DNA from: Monocercomonoides exilis PA203
Taxonomy: Eukaryota > Protista > Preaxostyla
Reading direction: 5' to 3'
DNA: 64,000 nt
Assembly (NCBI GenBank): GCA_001643675.2
Contig: LSRY02000003.1
Span: forward strand, 2,484,434 to 2,548,433
The notes under the pieces were generated by a model. That model ran no database searches and had not been told where the DNA came from. It saw only the letters and a list, made by a program, of their open reading frames with translations. Both the position numbers and the translations under genes were made by a program. Each line of letters opens with the position of its first letter. The stretch's first letter is position 1. Below, one piece after another: positions 13,380-25,890 of the stretch.

Positions 13380-14603
13380 CAAACAAAATCCTCAAACTCC
13401 TCCCTCTCAATCCACTCCTCCCTCTCCATCCACACTCACAACCCCATCGATGGTACAATCATCCCCAACCTCAACAGCATATTCACTTCCATCTCTGCCT
13501 TCAACACATCTTTTCTTCGCCAAACACGCTCTTCACCAAATGATGTTGTAAAATATAACGGATCTGAATCTCATAAATTGAAACCTGGAAGATTGGCTTT
13601 TTCTGAATTGAACTGCTATCTTTTTGAATGGTGTGAGTGGAATAATTCAAACAGCGGAGGTAATAATAATGGAGGAGCGCTTGATGTTTTTAGTGCAAAT
13701 GCAAATCTCACAATCACTTCTTGCTCATTCAACAAATGTTCTTGTTCAGGTAGCGGATATGGCGGAGCATTGTATTGTGGAAGTTTGTTGAATATCAACA
13801 TTACAAAATCCAATTTCACAAGCTGTTCCGCTTATCGTGGAGGAGCAACTTGTATTGCTGGTCCTCAGTCAAGTTCTGTTTATTCATTCTCAGAAAACAG
13901 AGTTGAAAGTTGCTCAATAAAAGGCAATATTGGAACTGGTTGGTATTTTGCTCTCGATAATATGCCATCTGATGCAAAATTCTTGTTCAAAAATTGCTCC
14001 TGCATTGCAAATACCGGAGGTGATGCTGCTGGAGCAGTCACATTCAATTGGCATCCACCACAAAAACCAAAACAGTGCTTGCTCCAAGAGTGCCAGTTCA
14101 TAAACAACAAAGTCGAAAATCCAACAACCTATGGTGGTGCTGCGTTGTGTTGCACCAAAACATATGATTGGATGAATAATGTTAAATTCATAACATTCTG
14201 TTTCTTCGATGGAAACACAGCAACTAATGGCAGAGGAAACGATGTGTTTTTCAATGGAAGCAGCATCACCCAATCACCATTTGAGAATTGTGGATCAACA
14301 ACTCCAACAAAAAGAGTGTGGAATAATGGAACAGCAGACAATGAAACTTTCAATGGCTGGCTCCCCCTCATCGCCCAGAACAAAATCGTTGCAAATGGTG
14401 GAACTGATGCTGATGCCTGTGGCAGACCCCAACATACCCCATGTGCCACCATCGAGTATGCCCTCAACGGCTTCATTTCTCTCCTCCAAGACGCATCTCT
14501 CACCCTCCTTTCCTCAACATTTGTTCCAACTCAAACACTCACATCCAGCGCGGTTGACACTAAAATCACAGGAAATGATGAAATTTTTGTAATCTCCTTG
14601 TAA
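13380..14603 (+). pseudogene. Surface-protein module fragment, cassette 3
   Basis: The frame of ORF 13578..14603 stays open back to a TGA at 13377-13379 and has no initiator ATG upstream of the module (QTKSSNSSLSIHSSLSIHTHNPIDGTIIPNLNS...). Same conserved 3' box. Confidence 0.7.
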
Positions 14604-15257
14604 TTTCATTCCATTTATTTTGAATATATTCCATGTAATATCAATATTCATGAACTTTCATCTTCTTTTCATTTGAAGTCTATATCACCACTTATTTTTT
14701 CAAAATCCTAACCATCCGCTCAGATAAAAACATTTCTTCAAAATTTCTTCATCCAATTTCTCCTTTTCATCAAAGGCAAATTCAGCTTGTTGCTTTACAT
14801 CATCTATTTCATCTCTCAAATAGCATTTCTTCAATCTTATCAGAAAGCTCTTCAAAGCATTAATTTCCTCAACATTCCGATTTCAACTTGTTCGTGTCCG
14901 ATTAGCGCAACCACCTCTTTGAAATTTTCCTTTAAATAAGCCTTTTCCTCAAAATTGCTCTCCCTTATCGTTTCATTTCCTGCAATTCACGTGGTTTTGA
15001 TGTTGTGTGACCTGTCGGAGACTTTTTTGGAACCCATCCATTTCATAAAAGGGTTTCTCCAATTCTTTTTCTTTTTCATCTGTGCCTCCTTCATTCACTG
15101 AAAAAAGGGGAAAAGCATCCTCCTTTTTTGATTTTGCTTCATCTGATCGGCTTTTCGTGTAAAATTAAGTATCTCTTCTATTATCATATAATTTCAGCTG
15201 ATATTCTGTGATAAAATAGATATTTCTTTTTGTGTTTCCAAATTGACATCGATGATG

Positions 15258-17882
15258 AGGCCTGGCGCTGAATTCGAGGATTGTTTATTGAAACAAAAAT
15301 AACATCACAATTTTTATTGCTCGCTGAAAAAGACGTTGAAGAAGAAGAAGAAACGAAACGAAACGAATTTGAACAAATGGCTTTTCATCACGAGAATCTT
15401 GAATGAAAAATGAAATGAAGAAACATTTGACGATCGATCTGCTGAGTTGAAGAAAAGTGAATGAAATAATTTTCAGTTCAATTTTGTGGCTCTGCTGAAT
15501 TGAATAGCATAATGGCATATGAACATCGATGGTCTGACACAGCATGTTGTGAGAGGAAATTGATGAAGACGAAGCAACAGAAGGCGAAGAAGAAGAAGGT
15601 GAAGTAGGTAACGATGATGATGATGAAGAATGAGAAGAAGGCGAATAAGAAGAAGAAGAAATTGGAGAAAAAGGAGACGACGATGACGAACGAATAGAAT
15701 AAGTTGATTGAAGGTCCAGATTTTCTGATGAGGATGATAACAAATAAATACAGAGAGTTTCGATGAAGTTTCTATTTTTTTTCCTCCTCTTTTCGTATGT
15801 TCTTTTTACGAACAAAATCCTCCAACTCATCCCTCTCCATCCACTCAACCATCTTCCTCCGCACTCACAACCCCATTGATGGAGCCATCATTCCCTCTCT
15901 CAACAGCCCTGCCACTTCTCTCTCTGCCTTCAATGCTTCTTTCCTCCACCAAACACGATCTTCATCAAATGCTCCTGTTGTATATGAAGGAAATGAAACT
16001 CACAGAAAATCACCTGGAAGATTGACTTCTTTTGATGAGAACAGTCATCGCTTTGAATGGTGTGAATGGAATGATTCAGATGGTGGATCAAGTCGTGGTG
16101 GTGCACTTTATGTTGTTTGCACAAACGCAAATCTCACAATCACTTCTTGTTCATTCAACAATTGTTCAAGTGGTGATCACGGTGGAGCTTTGTTCGCTCA
16201 AAATTTATTAAATGCCAATATCGCAAATTCCAATTTCACAAGCTGCACAGCTGCTCATGCAGGAGCTGCTTATGTTGGGTATCCGCAATCAAATTCTGTT
16301 TATTCATTTTCCGATAACACAGTGGAAAGTTGCTCAATAACAAATTGGTGTGGAACTGGTTGGTATTTTAATGTTTCTGGCCTTTCATCAAATGGTCAAT
16401 TTCAGTTTACAAACAGCAAGTGCATCTCAAATTCTGGAAAAGATTCTGCGGGTTCTTTGACATTTGCAAATCCACCAATTAATAAACCAAGCAAGTTTTT
16501 GATTGATGATTGCCAGTTTATAAACAACAAATTATCTGCTTCTTCGACATATGGAGGTGCAGGAATGTATTTTTGGAACACTTATTCCTGGATGAATGGA
16601 ATAAAATTCATCACATTCTGTTTCTTCGATGGTAATTCCGCAACAAATGGCAGAGGAAACGATGTGTTCTTCAGCGGAAGCAGCATCACCCAATCACCAT
16701 TTGAGAATTGTGGTTCAACAACCCTATCGAAAAGAGTGTATAATAATGGACAAGCTGACAATGCAGTGTATAATGGCTGGCTCCCCCTCATTGCCCAGAA
16801 CAAAATCGTTTCTAACAGCGGAACTGATGCTGATGCCTGTGGCAGACCCCAACAAACCCCATGTGCCACCATCGAGTATGCCCTCACCAGCTTCATTTCT
16901 CTCCTCCAAGACGCATCTCTCACCCTCCTTTCCTCAACATTTGTTCCAACTCAAACACTCACTTTCAGCGCGGTTGATACAAAAATCATTGATAACGATG
17001 AACTTTATCTGATTCTCAAATTAATTCTTTCATTTTTCATATCATTGAAAAATTCATGATCTTTCATCGCTTCTTCAACTGAGATCTATACCACTTGTTT
17101 ATTTAAAGATCCTAGACTCATCTCACATAAAAAACACTTCTTCTTCATTTCTTCTATTTTCTCCTTTTCATCAAATGCAAATAAAGCTCGTTGCTTTTGA
17201 AAAACATCAATTTCATCTCTTCAAAATGCGTTTCTTCAATCTATTCGAAGGTTTTTCAATTATTATATTTTCCTCAATTTTCTTATTTCAATATGTTTGT
17301 ATCCGATTCACTCAACTGCCTTATTGTTCTGCACTTCAAATGTGCTTTTTCTTCTTAATATCTTTTCTTCCTCATTTCATTTGCAACAATTCTCCGATGT
17401 TTCGTATCTGTGTAATCAGTCGAAGACTATTTAGGAACCCAGCCATTCCAAACAAAAATCGTTTCAATGCCCTTTCTGTTTTCATTGCAAATGCTTCAGT
17501 TTCCGAATGAAAAAGTCAGATTCTATCTCCGTTTTCTGCTGTATGCCTTCTGCTCCGATTTTGACAGCTCAATATTGCATCTATTTCTTTGAAGTTTTCA
17601 TTTTGGTTGATATTCTGCGATTGAACGAATATTTCTTTTGAATTTCCAAATTGATGCTGAAGGCGAAGCCTGCCGTCCAATTTGAGAGTTGTTGATGAAA
17701 TGATAAATTCAACATTATTTTTGATATTCATTGAAGAAGGCGTTGAAGAAAAAAAGAAGGATCACAAATTTTGAAATGAAGATAGATGCTGTGTGAATGT
17801 GCGAACGAATGAGGAAGAATGAAGTTGAAGAAGAAGAAGAAGAAGCAAAATTTGACTGAAGAAGATTTTGTGTGTTTTTGGC
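15258..17882 (+). repeat. Left arm of an apparently perfect 2.6-kb inverted repeat (partner 20155-22779)
   Basis: All ORFs mirror with coordinate sum 38037 and have identical translations. First mismatches found by eye at 15257/22780 and 17883/20154. Confidence 0.9.
15797..17059 (+). pseudogene. Surface-protein module fragment, cassette 4
   Basis: Conserved 5' and 3' boxes with a variable middle. The ATG lies only a few codons before the box. No signal peptide or TM. Confidence 0.7.
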
Positions 17883-20154
17883 TATGCGGTTCATAACAGG
17901 TGTGCTTGTCGCTGAATGATCAGGTGAATTGTGAGAAGGCGAATTTTGTGTTTGTAAATCGAGAAATGAGGAAGATGGTGATTGAATGAAGGAGGATTAT
18001 CGGAAGACGAAGAAGAAGAAGAAGACGAAGAAAAAGAAGAAGAAAGTGAAGAGTGAGAAGAAGAAGGTGAAAAAAAAAGAAGAAGAAGAAGAAAATGATG
18101 ATGATGATGATGATGATGATGAAGGTGAAGAGGAAGAAAAGAAGAAGAAGAAGAAGAAGATGATGATAATGAATGGATTGAATGAGATGATTAATTGTTG
18201 AAAATTGAGAAGTTGAGTGTCAATTTTCATCAACGTAGAATTTCATTGAAATTCTCTTCTTATGTTCCTTTTTCTTCTGCGGAGGAGAAACATCTGAATC
18301 CTTTTCACTTTCAGCTCAATCTCTTTCTCTCTCTCCAACAATAAATACTAAGCACGCGTCAATCTCTTTTTCATTCCATCTCTTCTTCTTTCGTTTCCCT
18401 TTTTTCACTCAAAACATCTTCCCTCAAAAATAATTCTTTGTCAAAGCCCAACGCCAGGCATCTTCGAAATATCTCGCATTTCATCTGTCTGTCTGTATTT
18501 TTCCTTTCCTGCTTTTCTTTTTCTTCTTCAAAGCCACCTAATCCCTCATTCTTTCAGCATTCTTAAAACAAAATAATAATTACTTCAAAAAAATAACAAC
18601 AACAAACCTTCAGAACCTATTTTTAAAGGCAATTTTCTGTTTTTTATCCCGTTGGCACCTGTTTTCTTTATCAATTTCATTATTCCTTTCGTTTTCGAAT
18701 GTTTCATCATCTGATTCTCCAACCATCCTTTCCATCAGTTGTTTCTCCATCAAGTGCATCGATTTCTTGTTCTTCTGAAAAATGTGAAATTCATGCATTT
18801 CGTTCAAATTCCATCTTTCTCATTGAAAAATATCCTTGTTTTTCGCCTGAAAATATCATCTCCAATTTCATTCGAATCCCTTCACCCTGGGCACTTTCCA
18901 TATGAATTTGCTGGCTCAGTTCGTTAGCCACCCTGCACAACGAGATATCCCGCTTTCGTTCATTTTCATTCATTTCCACTTCCTGCCCTGAAAACAACAC
19001 AAAAACAGTCAACAGGCAAATATTCATATAAATAAAATAAATAAATGTCAAACTGCTCTTCGACTGTTTTTTGCCAAGCACACTCATTTCCACAGCCATC
19101 ATCATATAAAAATTCAATCTCTTCATTTCAGCCTCAGAATGGTCAAATTGCAGCACGGAATGCATCTCCACAAAATACATCGTGTATCTCATTGGAGGGT
19201 CTTCTCAGCCCGTACACATCGTGGTGGGTGTCCAGAGGGGTTTTTTCTGTTTTTGGCATGATCATCTCCTTTAATAATATTCTCAACCATCCAAAAAAGT
19301 ATTTGATGTTTATTTCGTCAACACCATGCACATGAGGGATATGGGGCAGAGAAGAGATGGAAGAGGATTATTTGTGGGAGGGGGTGGGAGTTGGGTGTTT
19401 TACGGAATGTTTATATTTCAAGAATGATTTTTGAATGAAAGAAATTCTGAGACAAAGGGGGTGGGGAAGGATAGGGAGAGATTTGGAGAGGAACATGCAG
19501 TACATATATAGAGAAGTGGCTGAGGATGATGAAAGAGGACTGATTGGTGATTGGAGAAATGGAATTTGAAAAGAAAGAAAAGAGGGCAAAAGCTGGAAAG
19601 AAGAGGGAAATTGAGAAATGTTCAAATGGAAGAGGGGTATTTTTATGAGAGGAGAAGATATTTTGGAAGAGAATGGGAAAGATAAAGAAAAGGAGGGGAT
19701 TGATATTTTCTGATGATTTTGGGGGTTGAATGGAAGAGGGGAATGGAAAGGAAAATAAATAGAGGGATATTAATATTTTCTATTTTTGAGAGGAAAAGAG
19801 GGGAAATCACAGAAAGAAAGTGAATTGCCTTTGGAAAAATATGCAATGTTGATTTCCACAATCTGTTCGTCACAAATTTTGTGATTGAATTTTTCAAACC
19901 AATCTGAAGTTTATACGGCAAGCGAGACGTTTTGGCCAATCAACGACTTCATACAAATTATTCTCAACATCATAAATGTTGTTCAACTGTTTTCGCATTT
20001 CTCAACTGCATCTTCTTCTTCTTCTTCATCTTCAGATAATTCTCCTTCATTCAATCAACCATTTTCCTCATTTTTCGGTTTACAAACACAAGATTCGCCT
20101 TCTCACAATTCGCTTGCTTATTCAGCGACAATTATGCCTGTTGTGAATCGCATG

Positions 20155-22779
20155 GCCAAAAACACACAAAATCTTCTTCAGTCAAATTTTGCTTCTTCTT
20201 CTTCTTCTTCAACTTCATTCTTCCTCATTCGTTCGCACATTCACACAGCATCTATCTTCATTTCAAAATTTGTGATCCTTCTTTTTTTCTTCAACGCCTT
20301 CTTCAATGAATATCAAAAATAATGTTGAATTTATCATTTCATCAACAACTCTCAAATTGGACGGCAGGCTTCGCCTTCAGCATCAATTTGGAAATTCAAA
20401 AGAAATATTCGTTCAATCGCAGAATATCAACCAAAATGAAAACTTCAAAGAAATAGATGCAATATTGAGCTGTCAAAATCGGAGCAGAAGGCATACAGCA
20501 GAAAACGGAGATAGAATCTGACTTTTTCATTCGGAAACTGAAGCATTTGCAATGAAAACAGAAAGGGCATTGAAACGATTTTTGTTTGGAATGGCTGGGT
20601 TCCTAAATAGTCTTCGACTGATTACACAGATACGAAACATCGGAGAATTGTTGCAAATGAAATGAGGAAGAAAAGATATTAAGAAGAAAAAGCACATTTG
20701 AAGTGCAGAACAATAAGGCAGTTGAGTGAATCGGATACAAACATATTGAAATAAGAAAATTGAGGAAAATATAATAATTGAAAAACCTTCGAATAGATTG
20801 AAGAAACGCATTTTGAAGAGATGAAATTGATGTTTTTCAAAAGCAACGAGCTTTATTTGCATTTGATGAAAAGGAGAAAATAGAAGAAATGAAGAAGAAG
20901 TGTTTTTTATGTGAGATGAGTCTAGGATCTTTAAATAAACAAGTGGTATAGATCTCAGTTGAAGAAGCGATGAAAGATCATGAATTTTTCAATGATATGA
21001 AAAATGAAAGAATTAATTTGAGAATCAGATAAAGTTCATCGTTATCAATGATTTTTGTATCAACCGCGCTGAAAGTGAGTGTTTGAGTTGGAACAAATGT
21101 TGAGGAAAGGAGGGTGAGAGATGCGTCTTGGAGGAGAGAAATGAAGCTGGTGAGGGCATACTCGATGGTGGCACATGGGGTTTGTTGGGGTCTGCCACAG
21201 GCATCAGCATCAGTTCCGCTGTTAGAAACGATTTTGTTCTGGGCAATGAGGGGGAGCCAGCCATTATACACTGCATTGTCAGCTTGTCCATTATTATACA
21301 CTCTTTTCGATAGGGTTGTTGAACCACAATTCTCAAATGGTGATTGGGTGATGCTGCTTCCGCTGAAGAACACATCGTTTCCTCTGCCATTTGTTGCGGA
21401 ATTACCATCGAAGAAACAGAATGTGATGAATTTTATTCCATTCATCCAGGAATAAGTGTTCCAAAAATACATTCCTGCACCTCCATATGTCGAAGAAGCA
21501 GATAATTTGTTGTTTATAAACTGGCAATCATCAATCAAAAACTTGCTTGGTTTATTAATTGGTGGATTTGCAAATGTCAAAGAACCCGCAGAATCTTTTC
21601 CAGAATTTGAGATGCACTTGCTGTTTGTAAACTGAAATTGACCATTTGATGAAAGGCCAGAAACATTAAAATACCAACCAGTTCCACACCAATTTGTTAT
21701 TGAGCAACTTTCCACTGTGTTATCGGAAAATGAATAAACAGAATTTGATTGCGGATACCCAACATAAGCAGCTCCTGCATGAGCAGCTGTGCAGCTTGTG
21801 AAATTGGAATTTGCGATATTGGCATTTAATAAATTTTGAGCGAACAAAGCTCCACCGTGATCACCACTTGAACAATTGTTGAATGAACAAGAAGTGATTG
21901 TGAGATTTGCGTTTGTGCAAACAACATAAAGTGCACCACCACGACTTGATCCACCATCTGAATCATTCCATTCACACCATTCAAAGCGATGACTGTTCTC
22001 ATCAAAAGAAGTCAATCTTCCAGGTGATTTTCTGTGAGTTTCATTTCCTTCATATACAACAGGAGCATTTGATGAAGATCGTGTTTGGTGGAGGAAAGAA
22101 GCATTGAAGGCAGAGAGAGAAGTGGCAGGGCTGTTGAGAGAGGGAATGATGGCTCCATCAATGGGGTTGTGAGTGCGGAGGAAGATGGTTGAGTGGATGG
22201 AGAGGGATGAGTTGGAGGATTTTGTTCGTAAAAAGAACATACGAAAAGAGGAGGAAAAAAAATAGAAACTTCATCGAAACTCTCTGTATTTATTTGTTAT
22301 CATCCTCATCAGAAAATCTGGACCTTCAATCAACTTATTCTATTCGTTCGTCATCGTCGTCTCCTTTTTCTCCAATTTCTTCTTCTTCTTATTCGCCTTC
22401 TTCTCATTCTTCATCATCATCATCGTTACCTACTTCACCTTCTTCTTCTTCGCCTTCTGTTGCTTCGTCTTCATCAATTTCCTCTCACAACATGCTGTGT
22501 CAGACCATCGATGTTCATATGCCATTATGCTATTCAATTCAGCAGAGCCACAAAATTGAACTGAAAATTATTTCATTCACTTTTCTTCAACTCAGCAGAT
22601 CGATCGTCAAATGTTTCTTCATTTCATTTTTCATTCAAGATTCTCGTGATGAAAAGCCATTTGTTCAAATTCGTTTCGTTTCGTTTCTTCTTCTTCTTCA
22701 ACGTCTTTTTCAGCGAGCAATAAAAATTGTGATGTTATTTTTGTTTCAATAAACAATCCTCGAATTCAGCGCCAGGCCT
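20155..22779 (-). repeat. Right arm of the 2.6-kb inverted repeat
   Basis: Mirror of 15258-17882. Confidence 0.9.
20978..22240 (-). pseudogene. Surface-protein module fragment, cassette 5 (identical inverted copy of cassette 4)
   Basis: Translation identical to 15797..17059. Confidence 0.7.
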
Positions 22780-23444
22780 TGTCATCGATATCAATTTGGA
22801 TACACAAAACGTAAATTTATTCTATCAAGGAATAACAGCAGAAATTATATGATAATAGAAGAGATACTTAATTTAACACGAAAAGCCGATCAGATGAAGC
22901 GAAACCAAAAAAGGAAGATGCTTTTCATTCATTTTTCAGTGAATGGAGGAGGCACAGATGAAAAGATAACAATATTGAAACAATCTTTGTTTGGAACAAA
23001 TGATTGAGGTGATGTCTTTCTTCAGATTTCACAATGCCAGGTGCCATAAAGGGAACGAGAGGATGATTAAATGAGGAGAACATAATTTTACAGAAAACAA
23101 ATGATCGAAGGATAATTCTATGAAATGAGAGCTTCTGCAGTGGACAAAAAAGGTGAAGTGAAAATAGCAAAAGAAATTGAATGTTTTGAAGAGCTTTCTG
23201 ATAAGATTGAAGAAATGCATTTTGAAGAGAAGAATAATAGAAAGCATTCCTTTAAGCAACAAGCGGAATTTGCATTTGATGAAAAAAGAAATTTGAAGAA
23301 AGGAAGAAGAAATATTAATTTCTTAGAGGACGTTAAGGATTTTGAAAAAATAAGTGGTGATATAGACTTCAAATGAAAACGCGATGAAAGTTCATGAATA
23401 TTGATATTACATGGAATATATTCAAAAAATGAAGATGAAGGAAA

Positions 23445-24758
23445 TTACAAGGAGATTACAAAAATTTCATCGTTATCAATGATTTTTGTGTCAACTGCGC
23501 TGAAGGTGAGTGCTTGAAGAGGAACAAATGTTGAGGTGAGGAGGGTGAGAGAGGCGTCTTGGGCATCCGTCATGCGAACAAGAGCATGTTCTATTGTTTC
23601 ACAGGGACTGAGTTGTGTGATTCCGCAGAGATCGGTGTTTGTTCCATTATTTGACACGATTTTGAAAGTTGTTATGAGAGGAAGCCATCTGTTGAACTCA
23701 ACATCATCAGCTGTTCCTGCATTCCACACTCTTTTTGTTGGGGTAGTTGATCCACACTGATTGAATGGGGATTGGGTAATATCACTTCCGTTAAAGAACA
23801 CATCGTTTCCTCTGCCATTTTTGGCAGTGTTGCCATCGAAGAAACAGAAAGTGATGAATTTGAACCCGCTCATCCAATCATATGTTCTTGTGCAGCACAG
23901 TGCAGCACCTCCGTAGGTAGTTGGATTTTCGACTTTGTTGTTGATGAACTGGCACTCTTGGAGCAAGCACTGTTTTGGTTTTTGTGGTGGATGCCAATTG
24001 AATGTGACTGCTCCAGCAGCATCACCTCCGGTATTTGCAATGCAGGAGCAATTTTTGAACAAGAATTTTGCATCAGATGGCATATTATCGAGAGCAAAAT
24101 ACCAACCAGTTCCAATATTGCCTTTTATTGAGCAACTTTCAACTCTGTTTTCTGAGAATGAATAAACAGAACTTGACTGAGGACCAGCAATACAAGTTGC
24201 TCCTCCACGATAAGCGGAACAACTTGTGAAATTGGATTTTGTAATGTTGATATTCAACAAACTTCCACAATACAATGCTCCGCCATATCCGCTACCCGAA
24301 CAAGAACAATTGTGAAATGAACAAGAAGTGATTGTGAGATTGGCATTTGCGCGGTTAACATAAAGCGCTCCTCCATTATTATTACCTCCGCTGTTTGAAT
24401 TATTCCATTCGCACCACTCAAATTTATGGCTGTTTAAATCGAATGAAATCAATCTTCCAAGTTTCACTCTTTGAGATTCCGTTCCCACATGTACCACAGG
24501 AGCATTTGATGAAGATCGCGTTTGATGAAGGAAAGAAGCATTGAAGGCAGAGAGAGAAGTAGATGGGCTGTTGAGGTCTGGGAGGATGGCACCATCGATG
24601 GGGTTGTGAGTGTGGAGGAAGATGGTTGAGTGGATGGAGAGGGATGAGTCGGAGGATTTTGTTTGCCAGATGAACTCAACGTTGAAAAAACTGAAATTAA
24701 ACGATTTCTGCGAACATCTCCTTTGTTGTTCGATTTTTATTATCTTCACATTTCTCAA
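23445..24758 (-). pseudogene. Surface-protein module fragment, cassette 6 (mosaic)
   Basis: Homology begins ~24665 (QTKSSDSSLSIHSTIFLHTHNPIDG). Core identical in protein to cassette 3. Distinct 3' segment GTNTDLCGITQLSPCETIEHAL. Confidence 0.7.
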
Positions 24759-24977
24759 TCTTCAATCAACTCGTCAATACATTCATTATCGTCATCTTCT
24801 TTTCCTTCTTCTCCTTCTTCGCTTTCATCATCATCTATGTTATCTTTTTTATCTTCATCTTCAAATTAGCGTGTGCAATAATATTATCTGCAATTTCCTT
24901 ATGACAAAGAGAAACCACTGATTAATTTCCATGACTTTCTCTTCTCTTTCCTTCTCCATCTCCTTCATTTTCAGGTG

Positions 24978-25034
24978 CTTCTTCTTCTTCTTCTTCTTCT
25001 TCTTCTTCTTCTTCTTCTTCTTCTTCTTCTTCTT
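24978..25034. repeat. Short (CTT)n tract, mirror position of the long GAA complex at 12526-13068
   Basis: Flanks on both sides match the inverted copy; the tract is much shorter. Confidence 0.9.
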
Positions 25035-25855
25035 CATTTTCTTCGCCTTCTTCTTCCTCCTCCTTCTTTGACTTCAACCTCTTCCTCTTCTTTATCTCTT
25101 TCGTCTCCTTCTTCTTCACCTTCACAACCATCTTCTTCTTCACCTTCTTCTTCTTTTTTAAATCCTTCTGCGATTTGTCCTTTCACACCAAGTGTGCCAT
25201 CTTCATCATTATCTTCAATTCTTTCTCCAACTTTTTCAATGCTATTTTCACTTTCTTTGTATTGGATAAGGGCATCGACCTTCTGATGCATTTCAACTGT
25301 TCAATCTGCAGCTCCGCAAAATTGAGCTAACAATTATTTCACTTGCATTTCCTTTGTCTCTGCGGTCGTTCGATGAATGAGCTTTCTTTTTTATTCGCGA
25401 AACTGATGGAAAAATCTATCTGCTCAAATTCAGCTCGTTTCATTTCCATTGCATTCATCTTCGATTTTTTCGATGAACAACAAAAATAATGTTCACTCGA
25501 ATTCATTCGAATTCCCAACGAATTCAGTGCCAAGCCTTATGTTTCGTTTCTTCTCAGAAAGACGAAAGGAATATTTATTCAAACACAGAATATCAGCTGA
25601 AATAAATGAAAATGGAAGAGATGTTATGATGAGGCAAGAAAAGAAGGGAAACAGACACGCAATAAGAAAAGGAGGATGCCTTTCCCTCCATTTCCAGTGA
25701 ATGAAGGAGACACAGACGAAAAGATGATAATATTGAAACGATTCTTGTTTGGGGAGGGTGAATGACAACAGAGATGGCCTTCGAGAGATTTCTCCATCGC
25801 AACGTGTGTTCTCCTAACATGTGAGTGAATTTCTTGTGAATGTCTCCGACTGAGC

Positions 25856-25890
<35 letters not shown>

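Noticed and set aside
18250-20030. Gene or invertase in the palindrome spacer
   Set aside because: Only short stop-interrupted ORFs and a purine-rich tract; no recombinase motifs.
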